From Candidatus Obscuribacterales bacterium (GTDB lineage Bacteria > Cyanobacteriota > Vampirovibrionia > Obscuribacterales > Obscuribacteraceae): DNA of 40,288 nt. The translations under genes and the position numbers were made by a program. The stretch spans positions 1-40,288 of the forward strand of contig CBDDIJ010000006.1 of the NCBI GenBank assembly GCA_965228855.1. The letters run 5' to 3'. Positions 27,017 through 35,457 of the stretch are shown here, piece after piece. The notes beneath the pieces are model-generated. The model searched no databases. It was given only the letters and a program-made list of their open reading frames with translations, and was not told the DNA's origin. Within the stretch, counting starts at the first letter, position 1, and the number at the start of each line of letters is the position of its first letter.

Positions 27017-28386
27017 CGCACCCTGAAAAACCAGAGAAGCCCAGGCTGTCCAAGGAGTCGAAGGAGGAGGCGCTCCGCCGTATCCTGAAGAAGCACGGCA
27101 GCGCTGACGGGCAAGCAAAGGGAGCGTCCGTTCAACCCTCTGGAAGTGTTCCCGAATCCCATTACCGCATCGATAAGTTTGCCGACTATCAAGCGCTCAC
27201 CCTGCAACGCGAACTCGCGAAGAAGGTTGATCTTGAAAGCCCCTACTTCCTTGAACATGACAAACTGGCGCGCGATACAGCCTTCATCGGCGGCAAGGAA
27301 TACGTCAATTTTGGGACCTACAACTATCTCGATCTGAACGGCCACCCACGGGTAAACGACGCCGCTCATCAGGCGATGCTCAAATACGGCACTTCGGCCT
27401 CAGCCAGTCGCCTTGTATCAGGTGAAAGACCGCCGCACCGGGAGCTCGAGTCACTGATTGCCAAAATTCATGGCACACCTGCAGCGATCACCTTCGTTTC
27501 CGGCCATGCGACAAACGTATCGACCATCGGAACGCTTCTCGGCAAACGCGATCTCATCCTGCACGATAGATTGATCCATAATTCCATGCTGCAGGGAGCG
27601 CTTCTCTCCGGCGCCACGCGACAGCCCTTCGATCATAATGATGTGAAGGGACTTGACGAGCTGCTGACGCGCTCCCGCCGCAAGTTCGAGAAAGTTCTTA
27701 TCTGCATCGAAGGCATTTATTCGATGGATGGGGATATGCCCCCTCTACCTGACTTCATCGAAGTTGCGCGCAAGCACAAGGCGCTCATCATGATTGACGA
27801 AGCGCATTCTCTTGGTGCCTTGGGGGCACGCGGATACGGAATTTCGGAACATTTTGGCATTGACCCATCTGAAGTCGACATCTGGATGGGGACACTCTCA
27901 AAAACACTGGCTGGCTGTGGCGGCTATATTGCAGGCTCGGAAGCGCTGATAACGCTGCTCAAGCATTCCGCTTCCGGCTTCCTCTATTCGGTCGGCATGC
28001 CGCCCCCTATCGCGGCGGCGTCACTCGAAGCAATTAGAATCATGGAGGAAGAACCTGAACGCGTAAGGAAACTTCAGGCCAACGGAAAGCTGATGCTTGA
28101 CCTCGCTCGGGCAGCCGGACTTAACACCGGATATGCAATCGGCTCACCGGTTCTCCCTATTATCACGGGAAGCTCCTTGCTTGCTGCGCGACTCTCTAAG
28201 GCGCTTTTCGAAGCCGGCATCAATGCGCCACCGATCATTTATCCCGCTGTAGAAGAACGTGTGGCGCGGTTGCGCTTCTTCATCTCAAGCGCGCACAGCG
28301 AAGAGCAAATCCGTTTCACCATAAATGAAACGGCCACTCAGTTACGTCTCCTCACCAACGGCCAGGCGAATATAGCGACGGACTAG
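27013..28386 (+). CDS. PLP-dependent alpha-oxoamine synthase (BioF/SPT/KBL family), WcbT/RkpG-like
   Basis: NFGTYNYL, GTSASASRLVSG, SGHATN, HNS, FDHND, EGIYSMDGD, DEAHSLG and GTLSK (PLP lysine). GTGA overlap with the PKS stop. Confidence 0.92.
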   Translation: MTHPEKPEKPRLSKESKEEALRRILKKHGSADGQAKGASVQPSGSVPESHYRIDKFADYQALTLQRELAKKVDLESPYFLEHDKLARDTAFIGGKEYVNFGTYNYLDLNGHPRVNDAAHQAMLKYGTSASASRLVSGERPPHRELESLIAKIHGTPAAITFVSGHATNVSTIGTLLGKRDLILHDRLIHNSMLQGALLSGATRQPFDHNDVKGLDELLTRSRRKFEKVLICIEGIYSMDGDMPPLPDFIEVARKHKALIMIDEAHSLGALGARGYGISEHFGIDPSEVDIWMGTLSKTLAGCGGYIAGSEALITLLKHSASGFLYSVGMPPPIAAASLEAIRIMEEEPERVRKLQANGKLMLDLARAAGLNTGYAIGSPVLPIITGSSLLAARLSKALFEAGINAPPIIYPAVEERVARLRFFISSAHSEEQIRFTINETATQLRLLTNGQANIATD

Positions 28387-28400
28387 AGGCCTCGTGTGCC

Positions 28401-28748
28401 TTATAGGCCGACGACTGTGTTCCAGCCATTGCTGGTAAGGCACACGGCACTTACCTGTGTCTTGCGAAGAGTTGTGTCGGTCAGGATGACGCGCTTGCAA
28501 CGGTCACCCGCAGCGGAAATATACTCTGCGCCGACATGTACCCGTGCTTGAGAACCCGACGCCATTCTTACAACACCGGTCGCACCGTGAGAGACACCAG
28601 TGGCATATGCCGCCACGGGATCGCCTGGGGCAGCGGGCACAATAGCTGCATCCTGGACTGGCATGGAGGCAGACCCCGTATTGTCCATTGTCGCGCAGCC
28701 AGCGAGAACAACACAAAGCCAAGCCAAAAGAACCGGCTTCACTGTCAT
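28401..28748 (-). CDS. Small lipoprotein (115 aa) with a surface-antigen-like C-terminal domain
   Basis: MTVKPVLLAWLCVVLAG|C lipobox, Ala/Pro linker, and a C-terminal YISAAGDRCKR..AVC...GW Cys pair. ATG at 28748 preferred over 28853, which overlaps the upstream gene. Confidence 0.75.
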   Translation of the reverse strand: MTVKPVLLAWLCVVLAGCATMDNTGSASMPVQDAAIVPAAPGDPVAAYATGVSHGATGVVRMASGSQARVHVGAEYISAAGDRCKRVILTDTTLRKTQVSAVCLTSNGWNTVVGL

Positions 28749-28830
28749 GTTTCGTCCGGACAATTTCATCTTCGAACCCCTCATTTCCCAGCAGCAGCAA
28801 GACGCAAGCTTAGCACACAACGTTTCCATT

Positions 28831-29886
28831 TCAGTCTTTCGAATCTTTGGCAAAAAGAGACAGAAGCGCAGGCGGTGTCGAGATACTAGCGGGCCAATCG
28901 ACCCCGGAAGTCAACTGCCGACGAAGAGGCAGGTCTTCCACCAATGTCGCCAGTGCTTCAATCCATGCTGCCGGATCTTGCGCGGCACGAAGTAAGCCAT
29001 TCTCTCCATCGCGGACCACGCAATCATAAGGCTGTCCATCCGCGTAGATACCTGTGGCGCCGAAGCGTGCGATATCCAGATACTTTACCCATGATCGCGC
29101 CCTGTTGAAGGGGGTGGCCAATAGTGGTGCCAGCCCGATATCGAAACGGGCGGTGCGACTCCGCTCAAGATAGTCAGGCCAAGCAAAAGCGGGCCTCACA
29201 GCAACGCGTTCAAGTCCCTTGTAGAGCGACCTGACCGCACTATCCCCGACGATTTCGAAACATACGTTTGGATAGCGATCATGGATAGGCCCCACGATCT
29301 GACGCAACCAGCGCCTCTCGGTGCGATGCGTCTTTTGCCCATGATAGAAAACCCTCACCCACCCTTGACCCGCTTCTTCCCGCTCTCGCGGTAAGGCGAA
29401 TGGTTCAGGCAGAGGATCTATTCGATGCGTAGGCCCGGATTGCGCCAGACGGTCTGCCAGAACATCCGACGCGGCCCATATCTCGCTGGTCACACGGGCA
29501 AGCCTGCGGGCAAAACGCAGCCAGAAGTGAGCCATGACAGCCCGATAGTGAAGGGGCAAATCTCTGTCTCCAACAGACGCGGCAATGTCGTCATCGAGAA
29601 GCCAAGCGACACCGCTCAGCTTCGTTCCGGCGCGCTCGATCTCAGCGATGGAAATGCTATCCACGTATCGCACAACGATAACGAATGCATCCTCAAGAGG
29701 CACAGGACAGGCCTCGCCCAATGTCCAATAGATGACGGGCAAAAAACCGTCCGACAGCCTTCTGCGCAGATAGAGATCGCGTGTAGGCGAAATCCTTTGG
29801 GCCAGGACCACGATCCGGGCGGGCGCTCTATCGTACTCCCCGCCGCATCGGAATGCGGCGGAGTAGTCGCGAATGCTCTCAAACAT
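28831..29886 (-). CDS. Glycosyltransferase, GT-B/GT4-like
   Basis: LLDDD, VFYHG..TH, FEIVG, FDIGLAPLLATPFNRARSWVKYLD and VRDGENGLL; starts 8 nt after the kpsD stop. Confidence 0.75.
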   Translation of the reverse strand: MFESIRDYSAAFRCGGEYDRAPARIVVLAQRISPTRDLYLRRRLSDGFLPVIYWTLGEACPVPLEDAFVIVVRYVDSISIAEIERAGTKLSGVAWLLDDDIAASVGDRDLPLHYRAVMAHFWLRFARRLARVTSEIWAASDVLADRLAQSGPTHRIDPLPEPFALPREREEAGQGWVRVFYHGQKTHRTERRWLRQIVGPIHDRYPNVCFEIVGDSAVRSLYKGLERVAVRPAFAWPDYLERSRTARFDIGLAPLLATPFNRARSWVKYLDIARFGATGIYADGQPYDCVVRDGENGLLRAAQDPAAWIEALATLVEDLPLRRQLTSGVDWPASISTPPALLSLFAKDSKD

Positions 29887-29894
29887 CGGTGAAC

Positions 29895-31646
29895 CTAGTC
29901 GACGTTCAGAACCACCGCTGTCGATAGCGCGACGCGATAGATCACCTCCACGAAGTCCCTGAATACGGCGAAGGTCTTATTATTGGGCGCTGGGAGCACC
30001 ATGATGTGATCACCCTTGCGAATGGATTCGGACCCGTCCTGTACGGACCCGTCGCTCCTCATGACGAGTACGCGCCCGGAGTCACCGCGATTGCTGACGC
30101 CACCCGCCGCGTCGATGTAATCACCCAGCGACAAAGAATCCCGCCAGACAACCGTCTGCGGCAGTTTGACTTCGCCAGAAACCACCACCACATCGCTCTT
30201 CTTTGGAATGACGACTTCGTCGCCATTTTCGAGAATCATCTCCTTCCAGTCGCTACCCGAAAGAACCACCCTCCCCTCCGGTTCAACGGCGCGCACTTGC
30301 TGCACGAAGCGTTCTACAAGAGAAGCCTCCTGCACACGCATCTGGGCTTCTGTTCCCGTAATCGAGCTACCTGTCAGCACGGAGCGTTGAAGCTCGTAGA
30401 GCGCACGATCAATTGCCTGCCGCTGACGAATTGCGACGGACTCCCGGCGGATATAGATCGAGTTGAGATCAGCGAGGTCGGGATCCACCTCGATAAGCTG
30501 AGCGACTGCACCAAGGCGAGTGGACCGTGGCACCGCGAAGGTCGACGGCCCAAGATCGTTTCCTTCGACCTTCACGACAATGGTTTCAGCCTCGCGATCG
30601 GCATCAACAATCCATGCATCGCCATCTGCCAGATGGTAATTATCCACCTCGGAAAGCGGGACATAGGTATTGAAGCGCTTGCCATCGCGAATTCCCTGGA
30701 TCAGCACATGACTGGCAACCGGCTCTGGCTGAGCAAGTTTCAGGATAAAGGAAACTTCGCCGATCTCCGCCGGTAGAAATTCAAAGAGATATGCGTTTTT
30801 TACTTCGCCGCTGACCGCCACGGTCGGAAATTGGTTGCCTACTACCACGACATCATTATCGGAAAAGCGAATATCCGGCATGACGCCCTTGGTAAGAAAA
30901 TCGTAGAGATCAATGCTCGTGAGCGTACGGCCATTGCGTACGACCCGAATGTCTCGATAGCTGCCACTGCGCGAATCAATGCCGCCCGCGCGCGCAAGAT
31001 AATAGAGTACGCTGTCGTCCTTGGCGCCCGGGTATCGCCCCGGAAAAGGCACGGCACCTGTCACGAATACCCCGAGCGGCTGCGTACCAAGCAGATTCGT
31101 GTAAACCTTCACATTGTCGGTATAGACTTGAGCAACGGCGGCCCGGACCCTCTGTGCGAGACGGGAATTGTTGATCCCCTCAACCTTGATGGGGCCGATC
31201 TCAGGCAAGAAAATGTTGCCCTGAATGTCGACAACCAGAACGCCGTCGAAAGTTCGCGCGCCCCACATGCGCACAGCGATACGATCGCCTTGCGCGATCG
31301 CGTAATCCGGGTTCACGCCCACACTGCGATCGACGAGAGCCGAGTTTTTGAATATTTGCGAGCCGTAAGGCTGCAAATCCCCATCCGACAGCGGCGGAAC
31401 GGAATGCGGAATATCTGTGCGCATGCCGCTTTGTTGCTGCAACAAAATGTCACCACCCGCTGGAGCAGTCACAATCGGTTTCGGTTGCTCTGCACCTGTG
31501 GGATCGTCAAAGACTTCAGACATCGCACCGGCATCGCTCCCGGTATCCTGTAGAACGCTACGATCCAGCTGGGTGCTCTGCGCCAATGCCGGCCCGGTCA
31601 TCGCAACTAGAATGATGGCCGCGACTGCCCCCCAAAACTTCTTCAT
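29895..31646 (-). CDS. kpsD: Polysaccharide export (OPX) protein, KpsD type
   Basis: Sec signal peptide (..PALA|QS, no lipobox), PES motif NPDYAIAQGDRIAVRMWG..VDIQGNIFLPEIGPI, several SLBB-like repeats (VTGAV..PG, VSGEV) and a C-terminal amphipathic/hydrophobic helix. Confidence 0.9.
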   Translation of the reverse strand: MKKFWGAVAAIILVAMTGPALAQSTQLDRSVLQDTGSDAGAMSEVFDDPTGAEQPKPIVTAPAGGDILLQQQSGMRTDIPHSVPPLSDGDLQPYGSQIFKNSALVDRSVGVNPDYAIAQGDRIAVRMWGARTFDGVLVVDIQGNIFLPEIGPIKVEGINNSRLAQRVRAAVAQVYTDNVKVYTNLLGTQPLGVFVTGAVPFPGRYPGAKDDSVLYYLARAGGIDSRSGSYRDIRVVRNGRTLTSIDLYDFLTKGVMPDIRFSDNDVVVVGNQFPTVAVSGEVKNAYLFEFLPAEIGEVSFILKLAQPEPVASHVLIQGIRDGKRFNTYVPLSEVDNYHLADGDAWIVDADREAETIVVKVEGNDLGPSTFAVPRSTRLGAVAQLIEVDPDLADLNSIYIRRESVAIRQRQAIDRALYELQRSVLTGSSITGTEAQMRVQEASLVERFVQQVRAVEPEGRVVLSGSDWKEMILENGDEVVIPKKSDVVVVSGEVKLPQTVVWRDSLSLGDYIDAAGGVSNRGDSGRVLVMRSDGSVQDGSESIRKGDHIMVLPAPNNKTFAVFRDFVEVIYRVALSTAVVLNVD

Positions 31647-32869
31647 ATCCGCGCGTGCTCCCTAATTGCAGCCCCGATCAACATCAGAAGGCCGTATGCA
31701 AGCAGTCCCCCTAGAAGGAACGAAACGATAATCAACAGCCGCTCGGGCTTGGAAGGATCTGCCGGCAAGGATGGTTCGACGAAAGCCACAAGATAGGCTT
31801 GCTTTCGATTGGCATCCGCCCTGGCGATCTCAAGTGCCGAGATGGCCGATGTATAAGCGGATTTTGCGAACTCTTCCTCGATCATCAATCTTTCGTATTC
31901 GGCCAGAAGATCCGAGTAAGTGAGGGAAGGGGTTTCCTCGGTGTTTGTCAGCCTGCCACGCTCCGCTCTCATCTGTTGTTCGATGGCAGCAATGCGGGCT
32001 TTTACGCCAGCGATCTGAGGGGCATCCTCGCGCATATAGCTGCGAAGCGACGCCAGCTCTGTCTTGTAGCGCGAGAGTTCTGCCTCAAGGCTCGCAACGA
32101 TACCTCCGATAGAGGCTGCCGCACTCACCGGATCGAGTTCGCCGTGTTCTTCCCGGAAGCGGTAAAGCACCAACCGATTTTCGCGTAGCCGATCCTCGGC
32201 AAGGGTAACCTCTTCCCGGGCAAACTTGACCGCATCCTGCCGTGATTCCTGCGAAATACGATTGACCATGTCGTCGCTCAGACGAACGATGGCTGCTGCA
32301 ATCTTCTTCGCATCTTCCGGCCGGTAGGCCTGAACTTCGAGATGAACCACATTTGCGGTCGAGTCGAAATAGACCTCGATGCGATCCAGATAATAATCGT
32401 AGAGGTCGTCCATGCTCGCGTCAGCGGGCAGGCGGGACAACATGTCCGCTTCAGGTACCAAGTAGAGTGATCTTAGGTCGAAGTCATCCTGCAGCTTGGC
32501 GACGAGTTCACGCGACTGAACATATTCCTGAACTACATAGCCGTCGATCGCCCCAGGGTTAGCACCAAGAGACCCCAGCAACCCGCCGAACGCCGTCGCG
32601 ATCTGCGCTTCGCTCGAGCGAACCGTCATCAAGGACTGGGAGACATAGCGGTCGGAGGCCCAAAGCCCGTAATAGACCAACGCAAGGACGGTCGGCACGA
32701 CGACGATGGCGAAGAATAGAAGCTTGGAAATTCCGAGCTTCATTACTTCAGTAACTTCGTTCTCGATAAATGGGCGTGCTTTCTCGCGAACAAACCTGCG
32801 CGCTTTTGTCAGCGCTCCATCTTCTCGAAGGAGGTAATCGAAGCGGTTTTTAAAGGGTTCGTAACTCAT
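31643..32869 (-). CDS. kpsE: Capsule export inner-membrane adaptor (PCP-3)
   Basis: Two terminal TM helices, ASDRYVS, YVQSRE, a long coiled coil and YLVAFVEPSLP..PER. The ATG at 32869 forms an ATGA overlap with the kpsT stop. Confidence 0.92.
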   Translation of the reverse strand: MSYEPFKNRFDYLLREDGALTKARRFVREKARPFIENEVTEVMKLGISKLLFFAIVVVPTVLALVYYGLWASDRYVSQSLMTVRSSEAQIATAFGGLLGSLGANPGAIDGYVVQEYVQSRELVAKLQDDFDLRSLYLVPEADMLSRLPADASMDDLYDYYLDRIEVYFDSTANVVHLEVQAYRPEDAKKIAAAIVRLSDDMVNRISQESRQDAVKFAREEVTLAEDRLRENRLVLYRFREEHGELDPVSAAASIGGIVASLEAELSRYKTELASLRSYMREDAPQIAGVKARIAAIEQQMRAERGRLTNTEETPSLTYSDLLAEYERLMIEEEFAKSAYTSAISALEIARADANRKQAYLVAFVEPSLPADPSKPERLLIIVSFLLGGLLAYGLLMLIGAAIREHARI

Positions 32870-33522
32870 GGCGCGCACTTTCGCGTGTAAAAATCAATTG
32901 CTTCGTCAATATCGCCAAAAGGCACGAGAAAGCCTTCATACAGCACCATACCAATCTCGCAATATTCGCGGACTGTTGTCTCGTTATGCGAGACCAGAAG
33001 CATCCCCGCCCCTTCCGATTGTTCAAGGAAAACCTGCCGCGATTTTTGCCTGAAGAACCTGTCCCCTGCGCCAATACTCTCGTCGATCAGATAACACTCG
33101 AAGTCGATTGCCAGACTCAAACCAAAAGCCAGGCGAGACTTCATACCACTGCTGTAGGTTCGAACTGGCATATCGACATAGGCACCGATTTCGGCAAAAT
33201 CTTCCGTCTTCTCGAATATCTCGTCATAGTCGGCGCCATATAGCCTTGCAACGAAGGCGATGTTCTCGCGCGCCGTCAGATCGCCATGAAAGCCCCCTGC
33301 GTAGCCGAGCGGCCAGGACATGCGCGCCTCGCGGATAATCATGCCTGTGCTCGGCCGGTCCACACCCGCAATCATATTCAGAAGAGTGGTCTTGCCTGCT
33401 CCGTTGCGTCCGAGCACACCGACACGCTTGCCCGTCGGAATGGTCAGATTGGTCTCCCGCAGCACCCGCTTGAAGCCGATATCGGTGTTGTAATGCTTCG
33501 ATATGCCGACCAGATGGATCAT
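32866..33522 (-). CDS. kpsT: Capsule ABC transporter ATP-binding protein
   Basis: Walker A GRNGAGKT, SWPLG, signature YSSGMKSRLAFG, Walker B YLIDE and VSH; 218 aa with no C-terminal carbohydrate-binding extension. Confidence 0.96.
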   Translation of the reverse strand: MIHLVGISKHYNTDIGFKRVLRETNLTIPTGKRVGVLGRNGAGKTTLLNMIAGVDRPSTGMIIREARMSWPLGYAGGFHGDLTARENIAFVARLYGADYDEIFEKTEDFAEIGAYVDMPVRTYSSGMKSRLAFGLSLAIDFECYLIDESIGAGDRFFRQKSRQVFLEQSEGAGMLLVSHNETTVREYCEIGMVLYEGFLVPFGDIDEAIDFYTRKCAP

Positions 33523-35345
33523 CGTTCCAGCACCTTGTGCCGCAAAGCCCGATCAGCGATGAGCCCCAAGGCGAATATCGCAATGGCCCACATATAGCCA
33601 TATGAGATATCGACCCTGCTGCCTCCCATCAACGGATTAAAATTACCGCGCACACCGTCGACAAAATGCAGCAACGGATTATAAGCCGCATACTCAGCGA
33701 CTTTCGCCGGCATCATGTCGAGTGTGAAGAAAACACCCGAGGTGATGTAAATGATCCTGTTGAAGCCGGTCATGATATTCGGCAGTGACTCGAGGTGAAC
33801 CACCAGCGAACCTACGAGCAGCCCCATGCCAATGCCGGCTATCCACAAGCCAAACAGATTGGCGAAAACCGAAGAAATATTGCCAAAGCGATATTGCTCG
33901 ACAACAAAGTAAATAGCCGCCGCAAAAACAATCAATACAAGCAGCTGCGTGAAAAATTCGAGTACAGCGCGCGCCAGGAATATGTCCATAGGCTGCACTG
34001 ATGCATGATTGAGCAAAGGCCGGTTTTGCCTCAACGCATTCATCATCGAGCTATAGGTTTTCAGATAAAAGAAAAGAGGAATGATGCCTGTGGCTACAAA
34101 GAGAACGACATTCATTCCAAGCGTATCTCTCATCCTGATGTAGTAGAAGATGAAAGAAAGAACGGTGACATGAATTAGCGGTTCTATAATCGCCCAGAGG
34201 TAGCCGAGGTCATGACGTCCGAAACGCGCCATGGTTTCGCGCAAGATGATCGTTCGCACTGAATGTCCGAGAGCACGAACGGCGTGGAGCGTATTTCCGC
34301 TTTTCTGTATCAGCTCAGATGTCCACCGCGGAGTAAATTCGGGAGGAATATTGCTCAGACGATAGAAGAGCTCGGCATCCTCCATCGGATTCTGTTTAAT
34401 CTTTCGTTTGAGACGCTTCGCCCCCTTTTTGCCCGGTCGCGCTTCTGCGATATCTTTTGCCGATAGACCAAGCTCTCCAATCAGGGCGGGCAGCTTCTCC
34501 TCCCCAACATTTGCCAGAACCTGCGCCGCTTCCTGTTTTCGTCCGGCGGCGACCAGGCACCGCCCCAGCATCTCCCGGCCTTCCATCCAACCGGGATCGA
34601 CTTTCAGCAGCTTTTCGATCGAGGAAATCGCATCGACAGATTTCCCCTCGTTGTAAAGACAGCGGCAAACGATGCGCTGGAGAGGAAGATTGCCGCGCTC
34701 GACGTCAAGCCCCTCCTTCGCGGCCTCTTTAGCCGTCTCCCAGAGGCCCTGGTCATAGCAACGCTGTGCAAACTCGCGTATCCGTTGGACGCTTGCACCA
34801 TAGCTGCGCGCGGCGCGCTGCACCCAGCGGCCCGCGATTTCTGCATTTCCTGCGCGCCAAGCGATCCGAATACCGATATCCACGAGAGAGGCGGGGTCTT
34901 CACCAAACTTCAAGTTAGCCTTGAAACAGCGCAATGCGTCTTGCGGTTGGCCACTCGCGGCGAGGAACCGCGCCTTGAGCAGAGACATCTCTCGGGCCGC
35001 TTCGTCGGGGGCCAGGCTGATCGCGCTATCCAAAAGGCTCAAGGCTTTGGAAAAATTCCGCGATAGCCCATGAAAAAGAGCCCGCAGATAGAAGATACGC
35101 CAACCGCGAAAACCGCGCTCGAATGCCAATTCGACCAAGGAGAGGCCGAGCGCGAACTCATGCCGGTCTCGCAGCCGATCGGCGAGCCACCAAATACTTT
35201 CCAAAGGAGGCTCGAAAGAAGCGCCTTCACGCAACGCCGCAATAGCGACATCGACCGCATCCGCCTCCCTGCCCGCAGCATAGAGACGGGAGAATTCATT
35301 CGTCGGCTCCCAGAGCCTCCGATCGCCGGCCGCCTCAATACTCAC
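33519..35345 (-). CDS. kpsM: Capsule ABC transporter permease KpsM fused to an N-terminal TPR-like helical region
   Basis: The C-terminal ~260 aa have ILRETMARFGRHDLGYLWAIIEP, about six TM segments, SGVFF and YNPLLH. The N-terminal ~340 aa contain TPR-like helices (ALSLLDSAISLAPD, AISSIEKLLKVDP, MLGRCLVAAGRKQEA). GTG start with a GGGAG SD. Confidence 0.9.
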   Translation of the reverse strand: MSIEAAGDRRLWEPTNEFSRLYAAGREADAVDVAIAALREGASFEPPLESIWWLADRLRDRHEFALGLSLVELAFERGFRGWRIFYLRALFHGLSRNFSKALSLLDSAISLAPDEAAREMSLLKARFLAASGQPQDALRCFKANLKFGEDPASLVDIGIRIAWRAGNAEIAGRWVQRAARSYGASVQRIREFAQRCYDQGLWETAKEAAKEGLDVERGNLPLQRIVCRCLYNEGKSVDAISSIEKLLKVDPGWMEGREMLGRCLVAAGRKQEAAQVLANVGEEKLPALIGELGLSAKDIAEARPGKKGAKRLKRKIKQNPMEDAELFYRLSNIPPEFTPRWTSELIQKSGNTLHAVRALGHSVRTIILRETMARFGRHDLGYLWAIIEPLIHVTVLSFIFYYIRMRDTLGMNVVLFVATGIIPLFFYLKTYSSMMNALRQNRPLLNHASVQPMDIFLARAVLEFFTQLLVLIVFAAAIYFVVEQYRFGNISSVFANLFGLWIAGIGMGLLVGSLVVHLESLPNIMTGFNRIIYITSGVFFTLDMMPAKVAEYAAYNPLLHFVDGVRGNFNPLMGGSRVDISYGYMWAIAIFALGLIADRALRHKVLER

Positions 35346-35457
35346 CGGATCAATACTCCCATCACCACGCTCGCCTCAAAATCGGCATAGCGCATATCCC
35401 AAACTCGTAAACCGGCTTGTCGTCGCCGGATTGCGATCTCGCCCCCGAGATCTATGG

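Noticed and set aside
27013..28386. Calling the PLP enzyme bioF (biotin synthesis)
   Set aside because: No other bio genes are present; coupling to the PKS in a kps locus fits the WcbT/RkpG group.
28386..28401. Bidirectional terminator between the convergent operons
   Set aside because: The gap is only 14 nt, with a weak possible stem and no U-tract.
35335..35358. 9-bp direct repeat TCAATACTC (twice, 15-nt period) across the kpsM start
   Set aside because: Only two short copies, with no transposase or element between them; could be chance.
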